Positions 1 through 9,937 of a stretch of DNA of 64,000 nt are shown piece by piece. The position numbers were made by a program, and so were the translations under genes. Source of the stretch: Bacteroidales bacterium (lineage in GTDB: Bacteria > Bacteroidota > Bacteroidia > Bacteroidales > UBA932); contig SUYU01000013.1 in the NCBI GenBank assembly GCA_015060245.1, positions 6,538 to 70,537 of the forward strand, in the 5' to 3' direction. The notes beneath the pieces are model-generated. The model was given only the letters and a program-made list of their open reading frames with translations, did no database searches and was not told the origin of the DNA. The first letter of the stretch is position 1. Each line of letters starts with the position of its first letter.

Positions 1-1
1 C

Positions 2-481
2 CATGTTTCTACCGGAGACCTGTTGAGGCAAGAGATTGCAAAAGAGAGTGAATTGGGCAAAATTGCCAAGGCTTTGATAGACAATGGAAACTTTGTTGAC
101 GATGCCATTGTTGAGCAGATGATTGAGAATGAGATTGAGAACAACCCTCACGTAAAGGGTTTCATCTTTGACGGTTTCCCGAGAACTGTTGCACAAGCAG
201 AGGTTCTTGAGAAAATGCTCCAAAAAAGATCGCAAGAGGTTACCAAGGTTCTTTCAATAATAATAAGTGACAAACTTGTATTTGAGCGTATCCAGCACAG
301 GGCCAACATTGAGGGCCGCAAGGATGACGCCAATGCAGAGACCATCCAGAACAGGATAAACACATACCATAAAAAGACAGAGCCGCTTATAGAGTTCTAT
401 AAGAATCTGGGCAAATACAACGAGATTTGCGGAGAGGGTACCATAGAGGATATTTTTGAGAAAATATCTTCATTGATGTAA
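2..481 (+). CDS. adk: adenylate kinase, 5'-truncated by the window edge
   Basis: The frame is open from base 2 (HVSTGDLLRQEIAKESELGK...). It has the FDGFPRT motif and an adenylate kinase C-terminal region. The TTG at 23 in the ORF track is internal to the gene. Confidence 0.9.
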   Translation, partial: HVSTGDLLRQEIAKESELGKIAKALIDNGNFVDDAIVEQMIENEIENNPHVKGFIFDGFPRTVAQAEVLEKMLQKRSQEVTKVLSIIISDKLVFERIQHRANIEGRKDDANAETIQNRINTYHKKTEPLIEFYKNLGKYNEICGEGTIEDIFEKISSLM

Positions 482-579
482 TGATATTGCCGTCGGCCGG
501 TAAGAAGATATACAGCAACTTGCTGAGGCCTGAGATAAAGGAGATTTATCTGAAAATGCAGAATTAAAAAGAAAGATAT

Positions 580-1581
580 ATGGGAAATTCAAATTTTGTG
601 GATTACGTAAAACTCTTCCTTGCTTCCGGCGACGGCGGTAACGGCTCTACGCATATGCGTAGGGAGAAATATATACCTAAAGGTGGCCCCGACGGAGGCG
701 ACGGCGGACGCGGAGGCCATATCATCCTCAGAGGCAATCCGCAATATTGGACCCTCATACATCTCAAGTACCGCAAACACATAAAGGCAGAACCGGGAGA
801 GAGCGGAAGCGGGGCATTGTGCAAAGGTGCAAACGGAAAGGACATCTACCTTGAGGTTCCACTCGGCACAGTTGCCAAGGATGCCGAAACCGGCGAAGTG
901 CTCTTTGAAATAACCGAGCCAGGTGAGGAGAAGATTATTGTAAAGGGTGGCCGTGGAGGTCTTGGCAATGCAAACTTCAAGAGTGCAACCAACCAGACGC
1001 CACGCTTTGCCCAACCCGGAGAAGAGCATGTTGAGGGATGGTTTATCCTTGAACTCAAGATACTCGCAGATGTAGGACTTGTAGGTTTCCCCAATGCGGG
1101 AAAATCGACATTGCTCTCCACAGTATCTGCAGCCAAACCTAAAATTGCCGACTATGCATTTACCACCCTTGAGCCAAGCATAGGAATTGTCAACTATTAC
1201 GATGACAAATCATTTGTAATGGCTGACATTCCAGGTATCATTGAGGGTGCAGCAGAAGGCAAAGGTCTTGGTCACAGATTCTTGAGGCACATTGAAAGAA
1301 ACTCCATACTTCTGTTCCTTGTTCCGGCAGACAGCAAGGAGATAAAGGATGAATACAGGATCCTGCTCAAGGAACTCAAGAAGTTCAACCCCGAACTTCT
1401 GAACAAGCAGCGCATACTGGCAATCTCCAAATCAGACATGCTTGATGATGAACTCAAGAAGGAGATACGCCGTCACTTGCCAAGAAAGATTCCGCATATA
1501 TTCATCTCCTCTGTTGCAAATGAGGGTATAAAGGAGTTGAAGGATCTGATATGGAAAATACTCAACGAAGAGAATTTTTAA
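580..1581 (+). CDS. obg: GTPase Obg/CgtA
   Basis: Gly-rich Obg fold ([20 protein letters not shown]) followed by G-domain motifs GFPNAGKST and DIPG. Confidence 0.95.
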   Translation: MGNSNFVDYVKLFLASGDGGNGSTHMRREKYIPKGGPDGGDGGRGGHIILRGNPQYWTLIHLKYRKHIKAEPGESGSGALCKGANGKDIYLEVPLGTVAKDAETGEVLFEITEPGEEKIIVKGGRGGLGNANFKSATNQTPRFAQPGEEHVEGWFILELKILADVGLVGFPNAGKSTLLSTVSAAKPKIADYAFTTLEPSIGIVNYYDDKSFVMADIPGIIEGAAEGKGLGHRFLRHIERNSILLFLVPADSKEIKDEYRILLKELKKFNPELLNKQRILAISKSDMLDDELKKEIRRHLPRKIPHIFISSVANEGIKELKDLIWKILNEENF

Positions 1582-1599
1582 GCCCAAGGAGGAGACCTG

Positions 1600-2214
1600 A
1601 TGCTTGATGCTATAGTTGAATTTGACAAGGGGCTCATGCTCTCAATCAACGGATGCACAAATGCACTCCTTGATTTTCTCATGCCTTTGATATCACACAA
1701 GTATACCGGTATTCCAATCTACGCCGGTATACTTGCTCTTATTATATACCAATGGAGAAAGAGTCCAAAGACCATCATTATAATGGTGGCTGCTGTACTT
1801 CTTACATTTGCACTTTGCGACTCCCTCTCTGTAGCCCTCTTCAAACAGACTGTCCAGCGTCTGCGTCCTGCCTGGGATCCCGAGATAGGCCACCTTGTAA
1901 GAATGCTTGAGTACAAGGGCGGACAGTTCGGTTTTGTCTCGAGCCATGCCTCCAACCTGTTTGGGCTTGCAACCGTCACATCACTTATTGTAAAGAAGAG
2001 GTGGTATACCATATTTATATACTTGTGGGCAGCAGCCGTAGGATACAGCAGGGTATATGTAGGAAAACACTTTCCCCTGGATGTAATATGCGGTGCCCTC
2101 TTTGGCATGCTCGTAGGATACCTTGTATTCAAACTGCTGGTGCAACTCTTCAGGAAAATGAAACTTACCCCCTGGGGCAAAGATTTGTGCGCAAACGGCA
2201 ACATAAAGGAATAA
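1600..2214 (+). CDS. PAP2-family membrane phosphatase
   Basis: Multi-TM protein with the acid phosphatase motifs KQTVQRLRP, SSHASN and SRVYVGKHFPLDV. Confidence 0.8.
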   Translation: MLDAIVEFDKGLMLSINGCTNALLDFLMPLISHKYTGIPIYAGILALIIYQWRKSPKTIIIMVAAVLLTFALCDSLSVALFKQTVQRLRPAWDPEIGHLVRMLEYKGGQFGFVSSHASNLFGLATVTSLIVKKRWYTIFIYLWAAAVGYSRVYVGKHFPLDVICGALFGMLVGYLVFKLLVQLFRKMKLTPWGKDLCANGNIKE

Positions 2215-2238
2215 CTTTGGGCAAAAGAGGAGAACAGC

Positions 2239-3360
2239 ATGCTCTACATCACTGATACGAACACAGACCCCTACTGGAACCTGGCGGCAGAAGAGTACCT
2301 TCTCAAGAATTTCACATGCCCTATCTTCAGGCTTTGGCGTAACAGCAACTCAATAATAATAGGACACTATCAGAATGCCCTGGCAGAGATCGATTATGAG
2401 TACGTCAAGAGGAATAATATAAAAGTTGTCAGGAGGCTGACAGGAGGAGGTGCAGTATTTCATGATTTGGGCAACCTCAACTTCACATTCATTGAGCAGA
2501 AAAGGGGTATGGAGGAGAGCAGTGCAATGTTCAGACGCTTTACTGCCCCAATTCTGGAAGCCCTTAATTCATTGGGAGTTAAGGCCGTCATTGAGGGACG
2601 CAATGACTTGCTGATTGATGGCAAGAAATTCTCCGGAAACGCAATATGCATCTACAAGGAGCGCATACTCCAACATGGCACACTGCTTTTTGATGCCGAT
2701 ATGGGCAATTTGGGACAGGCGCTCAAAAGCCGTCCTGAAAAATTCATTGGAAAGGCAGTACAATCAACCAGAAGCCGCGTAACAAACATCAGCAGCCACC
2801 TGCCGCAAGCCATGACCCTTGATATGTTCCAGGAGTATTTGGGCAACTATATCTGCAGCAAATATAATTCCCCTGCTCCCAACGGGACCGGCACCAAAAC
2901 CGGATATTTTGCCAATATTGAGGCCTGCAAAAGTGATGCTGCCAAGGGAACTGCAGAGACATCACCCTACGCAAATATGAACAACGTTGAGCAGAGGCCA
3001 GAAGCAATAGTGAAATACACCTACACAAAAGAGGACCTTGCAGCAATAGAGGAACTCCGCAACACCAAATATGCCACCGACAACTGGAACTTCGGACACT
3101 CCCCCGCATACAGCATCAACAACATCAAAAAATTTTCCGGGGGGCTTGTTGAGTTTTCCATTACAACAAACGGAGGCATCATCACAGCAATGGAGATTCA
3201 CGGGGATTACTTCTTTACACGTCCTACAGAGGAGTTCATTGAGGCCCTTTCCGGAACTGCACACACTATGGAGGCCATTTCAGAACGCCTCGCACAATTA
3301 CCTGTAAATGAATACTTCAATGGCATAACATCAGATGAAATCCTGCAACTTTTCTTCTGA
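2239..3360 (+). CDS. lplA: lipoate-protein ligase A, with a low-complexity internal insert
   Basis: N-terminus DPYWNLAAEEYLL, RRLTGGGAVFHDLGN and GKKFSGNA are typical of LplA. An insert of about 45 aa (NSPAPNGTGTKTG...NMNNVEQRPE) lies before the C-terminal domain. Confidence 0.85.
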   Translation: MLYITDTNTDPYWNLAAEEYLLKNFTCPIFRLWRNSNSIIIGHYQNALAEIDYEYVKRNNIKVVRRLTGGGAVFHDLGNLNFTFIEQKRGMEESSAMFRRFTAPILEALNSLGVKAVIEGRNDLLIDGKKFSGNAICIYKERILQHGTLLFDADMGNLGQALKSRPEKFIGKAVQSTRSRVTNISSHLPQAMTLDMFQEYLGNYICSKYNSPAPNGTGTKTGYFANIEACKSDAAKGTAETSPYANMNNVEQRPEAIVKYTYTKEDLAAIEELRNTKYATDNWNFGHSPAYSINNIKKFSGGLVEFSITTNGGIITAMEIHGDYFFTRPTEEFIEALSGTAHTMEAISERLAQLPVNEYFNGITSDEILQLFF

Positions 3361-3369
3361 CAACCATTT

Positions 3370-4215
3370 TCAAAATCTCGTCTTCCATCTTTTGTGACTC
3401 CAGAGCCAGTTTACCTTGTTCTCCATAATATCGTTTTGAAGAAGTTCCGCAAACCTCTTTGTAAGTTCACCGTCGGGACACATGGCAGGGAACTCTTCAA
3501 TCAATTCAAATGCGATTTGATACTTTCCACGACTTGTTCTTGACATGGACATGTAAACAAGCGGAATATTCAGTTTTTTACTCAAATATTCTGCGCCTCT
3601 GAAAAAAGCACTCTTCTGATTTAGAAAATCTACAGTTACATAATTTCCTTTAGGAGACTGGTCAGCAATTATAAAGTAATTGGCTTTCTCGCCATTATTT
3701 CTTTGGCTTACAAATTCAAATAACGCTTCCTTCACCTCAACAATGTCCCCAACAGAAGCTGATTTTTTGAATGCCGAATATCTTATTTTTTTCAGCAATT
3801 TATTGACAAACCTATTTTTAGCCTTCTTATATGTAAAATATAGTTTACGGTCTGTAAATTTATTATTCCGGTCACTCTTTCCATTACCTGCTATTGCACC
3901 TATCAGTTCCCAATTGCCAGTATGTCCCATAACAAAAAGCATCTTGTCATACTTTTGTGACAATGCATCGGGCAACTCAGGATTGGACATGGTCACATGC
4001 TCACATAATTTTTTCTGCGAAACAAAAACGACCCATATTGATTCAACAGCCAGATCAAAGATATGTCTGTAATATTCTCTTCTCAAATGCACCAACTCCT
4101 TGTAGTCGGCGTTTGGAAAACTCCTTGCCATATTAATGTGTATGACATCACGCCTATAACCGGCCCAATCTGCCAATAACGCACATAAATCAGATATCAA
4201 ATACCTTATTTTCAT
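3370..4215 (-). CDS. lysophospholipid / lipid A (LpxL-HtrB-like) acyltransferase family protein
   Basis: HX4(D/E) acyltransferase motif GHTGNWE; size and layout fit late lipid A acyltransferases. Confidence 0.7.
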   Translation of the reverse strand: MKIRYLISDLCALLADWAGYRRDVIHINMARSFPNADYKELVHLRREYYRHIFDLAVESIWVVFVSQKKLCEHVTMSNPELPDALSQKYDKMLFVMGHTGNWELIGAIAGNGKSDRNNKFTDRKLYFTYKKAKNRFVNKLLKKIRYSAFKKSASVGDIVEVKEALFEFVSQRNNGEKANYFIIADQSPKGNYVTVDFLNQKSAFFRGAEYLSKKLNIPLVYMSMSRTSRGKYQIAFELIEEFPAMCPDGELTKRFAELLQNDIMENKVNWLWSHKRWKTRF

Positions 4216-4343
4216 AGAAACGCCCCATATACGATTGAAAACATGGGTAAAATTGTATAATTATCTGCTTATGAGTGTTTCCTGTTTGTCCGATAAAATA
4301 TTCTAATGCATTTCCATGCTACATTTAGGACACAAGAAAGGAG

Positions 4344-4376
4344 AAAAAAACCGGCACAGGAAAATTCCTGCGCCGG
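4344..4376 (-). terminator. rho-independent terminator after hpf
   Basis: Minus strand reads CCGGCGCAGG-aatttt-CCTGTGCCGG (10-bp stem with one G-T pair) followed by T7. It lies about 55 nt after the hpf stop. Confidence 0.75.
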
Positions 4377-4430
4377 CCAACCCAAAATTTATGGAAAAAT
4401 TCCCCATACAAGGAGAAGTCTTGTCATATT

Positions 4431-4724
4431 CTATTTGCCTGCCTTTTTTTCTTTAATTTTAACAATCTGCTCTTTTAAAACATCTACGCAATCAACAATG
4501 GCATCCTCAAAAGTTGATGCATTCTTTTGGATAAACAAATCCTTGCCCGGCATTGCAATCCTGATTTTTACATCTTTGTTTGCATTATCAGGTAAGAGTG
4601 ATAGAGTTACTTCTGCCTTGATGATTTCATCGTAAAATTTATCAAGTTTACCCACCTTCTTGTCTACAAACTCCAACAATTTAACATCAGCGTCAAATTT
4701 TACCGATTGAACTCTAATATCCAT
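4431..4724 (-). CDS. hpf: ribosome hibernation factor (short HPF/RaiA)
   Basis: 97-aa protein MDIRVQSVKFDADVKLLEFVDKKVGKLDKFYD... with the typical sigma54-modulation/RaiA fold sequence. Confidence 0.85.
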   Translation of the reverse strand: MDIRVQSVKFDADVKLLEFVDKKVGKLDKFYDEIIKAEVTLSLLPDNANKDVKIRIAMPGKDLFIQKNASTFEDAIVDCVDVLKEQIVKIKEKKAGK

Positions 4725-4725
4725 A

Positions 4726-5715
4726 TTACCTCCTTTTTTTTGCCCGTGGATGGGCGGTTATGTATATTTTTTTCAACTGTTCAAATGAGTTGTGCGTGTA
4801 AACCTGCGTTGCTGCCAACGAAGAGTGACCCAACACCTCCTTAATACTGTTCAGCCCCGCCCCGTCATTGAGAAGATGCGTTGCCAACGAATGTCTGAGG
4901 ATGTGAGGGGATTTTTTACCGCCAAACTCCTTGAAAGTCATCAATTCCTTTTTGACCACATTGTTGACAAACGAAAGGTAGAGAGGTCTGCCTCTGTCTG
5001 TCAAGAAAAATGAGTCATCAGTACAATCTTTGAAAGAACTCTTTCTTGTTTGTAAATATAATAAAATTTTATCATATAAACAATCTATTACCGGAATTTC
5101 TCTCTCTTTGGCCCCTTTTCCTGTAATTTTGAATAATTTTCTTGACAAATCAAGATTCTGGAGTTTCAATCCTGCCACTTCGGCACGTCTCATTCCTGTT
5201 GAGTAGAGCAGCAGGAGCATTGTCCTGTCTCTTACCGACGGGTAGTCATCCCCCACAGGCGAGTTCAGATATGCATCAAGATCATCTTTTGTGTAGAATT
5301 GCGGCAGACGGTGCTTCTCCTTTGGTCTGTAGACCCCAGCAACGGGATTGCTCTGCAACAGGCCCCTTTTCAAAAGATATCTGCAATAACTTCCAATGCC
5401 GCTCAACAGAAGATTTACACTCCTGGAACTCATTCCCTCCTTAAGGTTACTGGCCACAAATCCCCTTATTCTTGGTGTTGTGAGCATATTCAGTTGCTGC
5501 TGCACGTCTGCCCCATCCTCGGGTGCATGATCATCAGTTGAGGAACCGGCTTGAGAATCAGTCGGGGATTTCTCAAGGGAGAGGGCATAGGCAAAGAAGC
5601 GCTCCACAGCATCGCTGTACAGCAGAACGGTCCTTTCGGAATATCTTCTGTGGACTCTCAAATACTCAATATACTCATCAATGAATGCTATCATGGTTCC
5701 ATGAAATATATACAA
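4726..5715 (-). CDS. tyrosine recombinase, XerC/XerD-like
   Basis: N-terminal SAM-like domain (YLRVHRRYSERTVLLYSDAVERFF) and a catalytic C-terminus (HILRHSLATHLL, GHSSLAATQVYTH). The likely true start is the Met at 5694 (MIAFIDEY). It has an acidic low-complexity insert. Confidence 0.8.
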   Translation of the reverse strand: MYIFHGTMIAFIDEYIEYLRVHRRYSERTVLLYSDAVERFFAYALSLEKSPTDSQAGSSTDDHAPEDGADVQQQLNMLTTPRIRGFVASNLKEGMSSRSVNLLLSGIGSYCRYLLKRGLLQSNPVAGVYRPKEKHRLPQFYTKDDLDAYLNSPVGDDYPSVRDRTMLLLLYSTGMRRAEVAGLKLQNLDLSRKLFKITGKGAKEREIPVIDCLYDKILLYLQTRKSSFKDCTDDSFFLTDRGRPLYLSFVNNVVKKELMTFKEFGGKKSPHILRHSLATHLLNDGAGLNSIKEVLGHSSLAATQVYTHNSFEQLKKIYITAHPRAKKRR

Positions 5716-5838
5716 AAGTGCCCTTCTATGAGTTCTGCTTCAAAGTTACAACAAATGGGCTGATTTCAAAATACCCCATTTTAGGTATTGCCAAGAAGGA
5801 TTTTTAGATGTTAATTTGCATATTCAAATTGGAGTATC

Positions 5839-8352
5839 ATGCATTTGTCAGAACTTAAGACCGGTGAGTCCGGCATTATTATAAAGGTATTGGGCCATGG
5901 AGGATTCCGCAGAAGAATTCTGGAAATGGGTTTTGTGAAGGGGCAGAAGGTAACGTCTCTCCTCAATGCTCCTCTCAAGGATCCCATCAAATACAAGATA
6001 ATGGATTATGAGGTATCGTTGCGCAGAAGCGAAGCGGCAATGATTGAGATTATCCCCTATACTCAGGATAATCTTATGGCCAACGGCACACGGCCAAGCG
6101 GCCAGATAGTGAGCAGCAGTGTTGAAGAGATGGTCTCCAACAAATTCAATGAGATAAATGTAGCGCTGGTGGGCAATCCCAACAGCGGCAAGACGTCGCT
6201 CTTCAATGCGCTGTCGGGAAGCCACGAGCATGTGGGCAACTACAGCGGTGTAACGGTTGATGCCAAATTGGGACACTTCAAATATAAAGGATACAAATTC
6301 AACATTACCGACCTGCCCGGCACCTATGCCCTCACTGCATACTCTCCGGAAGAGATTTATGTAAGAAGATATCTGCTTGACAATACCCCGGACATAATAC
6401 TCAACTCCGTTGTCGCTTCAAACCTTGAAAGGAATCTTTACCTTACAAGCGAACTCATTGACATAAACCAGAAGACAGTTGTTGCCCTGAATATGTATGA
6501 TGAACTTGAGAAGAGCGGTGCACAACTTGACTATATGAGCCTTGCCAAACTTGTGGGTATTCCAATGGTTCCGGTAGTGGCCCGCGAAAAGAAGGGGCTT
6601 GACAACCTGCTTGACACCATAATTGCTGTCTATGAAAACACATCTGCCGGCAAAATGGCCACTGGGGCCAAAACTGCAGCAGAAAAGGGTGGCGAACCCG
6701 ATGTTGCCGAGATCATAAGGCATATACATATAAAATACTCCCCGGTAATTGAAAAGGAGATTGCCACAATATCAAAGGAGATTAAGTCCAATGATGAAAT
6801 ATTTCCCAAGGCCTTTCCACACAGATACTGGTCTGTGAAACTGCTTGAAGGAGACCGGGAGGTTGAATCGATACTCAGGAAATCACCTGAATACAGCAAA
6901 TGGATCTCAATGCGTGAGGCCGCTGTCGAGCGGATAAAGAGGCAACTTGGCGAAGATGTGGAGACTGCCATAAGTGACGAAAAGTATGGTTTCATTTCAG
7001 GTGCCTTGCGCGAGACTTTCACACCCGGCAACAAGGAGCAGAACAAGAATACAACAATCATTGACACCATTGTTACCCACAAGGTATTCAGTTTTCCAAT
7101 CTTTCTTCTCCTGCTTTGGATTATGTTCAATGCCACATTCACCTTTGGGGCATACCCCCAGGAGTGGATTGAGTCGCTTGTTGGAATCTTTGGTGAATTT
7201 GTAAGCGGCCTTCTTCCCGACGGCGCCCTCAAGGACCTTATTGTAAATGGTATCATTGCCGGCGTGGGCAGCGTTATAGTCTTTCTGCCCAACATCCTCA
7301 TCCTCTATCTTTTCATATCACTTATGGAGGACTCCGGATATATGGCACGAGCCGCATTCATAATGGACAAACTCATGCATAAGATGGGGTTGCACGGCAA
7401 ATCGTTCATTCCCATGATTATGGGCTTCGGATGCAACGTTCCGGCCATAATGAGCACACGTACAATTGAGAGCAAGTCGAGCCGCTTCATTACAATACTC
7501 ATAAACCCATTCATATCGTGCAGCGCACGATTGCCCGTATACATTCTCCTTGCTGGAATCTTTTTTCCAGAGAACTCCGGTACAGTACTTATGCTGCTCT
7601 ACCTCCTTGGAATTGCAGTTGCCATCATAACAGCAAAACTGCTCCGCAAATTCCTCTTCAAGGAGGATGAGACCCCGTTTGTGATGGAGTTGCCGCCATA
7701 CCGCGTACCTACCCTTCATGCCACTCTTGTACATCTTTGGGAAAAGTGCGCCCAATACCTCAAAAAAATAGGAAGCGTCATATTGTTTGCCTCAATAATA
7801 ATATGGTTCCTTGGCTACTATCCTCGTCCCGACAGCCAATCGGCATCTGGCGGCAGAAACAGCAACGGCTCATACCTTGAACAGGTTGGAAAATTCTGCG
7901 AACCTGCCCTCAAACCATTGGGACTTAACTGGAAAGCGGGTGTTGCGCTGGTATCTGGAGCAGCGGCAAAGGAGATTATAGTAAGCACCCTTGGTGTGCT
8001 CTACTCTGATGAGCAGACACAACAGGATGCCATGCAACTTAAGATGGAGGCAGAAAAATCTTTGGAAGAGATGCCCCAACTCCAGGAAAAAGTTGCAGAA
8101 AAGATTGAAGCAAAAATGGAAGAGGAGGATATACTGCTCAAATACCAGATTCTAAGATCGGGTGACTACACCGCAGCAAGCGCACTTGCATTTATGGTAT
8201 TTGCACTGCTCTACTTCCCATGTATAGCCACTTTGGCAACTATATCAAACGAAACAGGCAGTTGGAAATGGGCACTCTTCTCATTTTTGTACAGTTGCTC
8301 AATCGCTTGGGTACTCTCATTTGTTATATATAACATAGCAAACCTGTTCTGA
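5839..8352 (+). CDS. feoB: ferrous iron transporter, fused FeoA-FeoB
   Basis: N-terminal FeoA-like SH3 segment (LSELKTGESGIIIKV), G-domain GNPNSGKTSLFN and DLPGTYAL, and a C-terminal polytopic permease. Confidence 0.95.
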   Translation: MHLSELKTGESGIIIKVLGHGGFRRRILEMGFVKGQKVTSLLNAPLKDPIKYKIMDYEVSLRRSEAAMIEIIPYTQDNLMANGTRPSGQIVSSSVEEMVSNKFNEINVALVGNPNSGKTSLFNALSGSHEHVGNYSGVTVDAKLGHFKYKGYKFNITDLPGTYALTAYSPEEIYVRRYLLDNTPDIILNSVVASNLERNLYLTSELIDINQKTVVALNMYDELEKSGAQLDYMSLAKLVGIPMVPVVAREKKGLDNLLDTIIAVYENTSAGKMATGAKTAAEKGGEPDVAEIIRHIHIKYSPVIEKEIATISKEIKSNDEIFPKAFPHRYWSVKLLEGDREVESILRKSPEYSKWISMREAAVERIKRQLGEDVETAISDEKYGFISGALRETFTPGNKEQNKNTTIIDTIVTHKVFSFPIFLLLLWIMFNATFTFGAYPQEWIESLVGIFGEFVSGLLPDGALKDLIVNGIIAGVGSVIVFLPNILILYLFISLMEDSGYMARAAFIMDKLMHKMGLHGKSFIPMIMGFGCNVPAIMSTRTIESKSSRFITILINPFISCSARLPVYILLAGIFFPENSGTVLMLLYLLGIAVAIITAKLLRKFLFKEDETPFVMELPPYRVPTLHATLVHLWEKCAQYLKKIGSVILFASIIIWFLGYYPRPDSQSASGGRNSNGSYLEQVGKFCEPALKPLGLNWKAGVALVSGAAAKEIIVSTLGVLYSDEQTQQDAMQLKMEAEKSLEEMPQLQEKVAEKIEAKMEEEDILLKYQILRSGDYTAASALAFMVFALLYFPCIATLATISNETGSWKWALFSFLYSCSIAWVLSFVIYNIANLF

Positions 8353-8492
8353 TGCAAGAGACAATAGTTTACCTGCTGGTAGCCGTAGCGGCAATAGCAC
8401 TGGTTCTGAAGATACGCAGAAACATAAAAAACAGAGGCACCTGTCAAGGGTGCCCCAATGCCGGGAATTGTCACAACTGCAAACCCGAATAG
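8352..8492 (+). CDS. FeoB-associated Cys-rich small membrane protein (46 aa, below the ORF-track cutoff)
   Basis: The ATG overlaps the feoB stop (TGATG). My translation is MQETIVYLLVAVAAIALVLKIRRNIKNRGTCQGCPNAGNCHNCKPE*, one TM helix plus CxxCxxxxxCxxC. Confidence 0.75.
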   Translation: MQETIVYLLVAVAAIALVLKIRRNIKNRGTCQGCPNAGNCHNCKPE

Positions 8493-8514
8493 AGGGTCTG
8501 CCTGTTGGTATGTC

Positions 8515-9813
8515 CTACAATATTTGCAGCATCTTCTCCACATAACCCATTGTGGCCAGACTGTCCATCTCCCACTTGAGGGCATCACGTGTAAGGCCGA
8601 AAGCCTCCTTATTCTCCTTGCTTACAGGCTCTACCGAGGGGCTTTCAAGTTTTAGGGGATCCACCGGTGTCCCGTTTTTCCATACTCTGAAATCAAGATG
8701 CGGGCCTGTTGATGCGCCGGTGCTGCCAACATAACCTATAACCTGGCCCTGCTTTACCCGGTCACCCTTCTTGAGTCCCTTGGCATATCGGCTCAAATGG
8801 AGATATGCTGTTGTATATACGGAGTTATGCCTGATCTTTACGGTGTTTCCACCGCCTCCTCCCCACCCCTTGGAGATTACAACACCGTCACCGATTGACA
8901 TGACCGGCGTGCCTGTCGGTGCCGCATAATCCACACCCGTATGAGGCCTGTATCCGCCATATACCGGATGTTTGCGTCTATATGTAAATTTTGAACTTAT
9001 ACGCTTGAAACTCAACGGCGCCTTGAGAAAGGCCTTACGCAGGCTCTCACCCTCTTCATTCCAATAGATATTGCCCTTATCGCCATCCTGGAACCTCACC
9101 GAGGTAAAGCACTTGCCATTGTGTGTAAACTCGCTGTACCACACATCACCTATGTCTATAAACTCCCCGTTATATGAGAGTTCTTCATAAACCACTTTGA
9201 ATGAATCGCCCCTCTGCAGTGAGAAAAAGTCAATTGTCCAGGCATATATATCAGACAACTTAAGAGCCAGCAGAGGCGATGCCCCGGCATCAGAGACATC
9301 ATTCCACAATGATGAGTTCACTGTAACCTCGGCAAATCTCTTTACCCTCTCAATCTGCTTCTCCACTACCCTTACAAAGAGAGAGTCTCCAAGCCCGAAT
9401 ACCACATGAGAAAGGGCATCCCTTTCATAAACAAAATATAGCGGCGCCTCTCCTCCATTTTGCCGTACCGACAGTGTATCGCCGGCTTCACTCCGGTAAT
9501 AGAATTCATAGCCGTTGCCTACCTTTATCATCCTTATGTCAAACACCTCTTTTGAGGCCTCCAGCACACCCTGCAAAGTGTTGTTAGAAACACCCCTCTC
9601 CAACATCAGTTCACCAAAGAAATCGCCGCTCTTTATTTTACCCTTTTCAACCCTCATGCCGTCTGAAGGGAGTCCATAGCAGTCCACCTGGGAAGATGCA
9701 GGGGCCTCTTCATTGTCGGGAACTACATTTTCATCTGATTTACAGGAGAATAATAACTGTATGAAGAGTATTGAAAGGAGGAAAAAATTTACGGTCTGAA
9801 CTCTATTTTTCAT
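8515..9813 (-). CDS. M23-family metallopeptidase lipoprotein
   Basis: Lipobox LLFSC, HTGVDYAAPTGTPV (HxxxD) and GSTGASTGPHLDFRV (an HxH-like motif that reads HLD here). Confidence 0.85.
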   Translation of the reverse strand: MKNRVQTVNFFLLSILFIQLLFSCKSDENVVPDNEEAPASSQVDCYGLPSDGMRVEKGKIKSGDFFGELMLERGVSNNTLQGVLEASKEVFDIRMIKVGNGYEFYYRSEAGDTLSVRQNGGEAPLYFVYERDALSHVVFGLGDSLFVRVVEKQIERVKRFAEVTVNSSLWNDVSDAGASPLLALKLSDIYAWTIDFFSLQRGDSFKVVYEELSYNGEFIDIGDVWYSEFTHNGKCFTSVRFQDGDKGNIYWNEEGESLRKAFLKAPLSFKRISSKFTYRRKHPVYGGYRPHTGVDYAAPTGTPVMSIGDGVVISKGWGGGGGNTVKIRHNSVYTTAYLHLSRYAKGLKKGDRVKQGQVIGYVGSTGASTGPHLDFRVWKNGTPVDPLKLESPSVEPVSKENKEAFGLTRDALKWEMDSLATMGYVEKMLQIL

Positions 9814-9929
9814 TTTGAAAAGCCAATGTTTTAAGGTTTACAACGCCAAAGTTAGAATTATAATTTTGATTGTTGATAACTTGGTGTAAAAAAATGGAAA
9901 AAAATGTAAGTTTTTGTAAAAAGATTTTA

Positions 9930-9937
9930 TAATTTTG
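9930..9937 (+). promoter_or_regulatory. candidate -7 box (TAATTTTG) for the mraZ/dcw operon
   Basis: Exact match to the Bacteroides TAnnTTTG -7 consensus, 36 nt upstream of the mraZ ATG. A second identical box lies at 9861-9868. Confidence 0.4.

Noticed and set aside
4726-5715. Tyrosine recombinase as a marker of an integrated mobile element or invertible-promoter system
   Set aside because: It is flanked by housekeeping genes (hpf, an acyltransferase, feoAB). I saw no flanking direct or inverted repeats, no tRNA target and no cargo genes. It lies 22 kb from the accessory block. It is most likely the chromosomal Xer-type recombinase.
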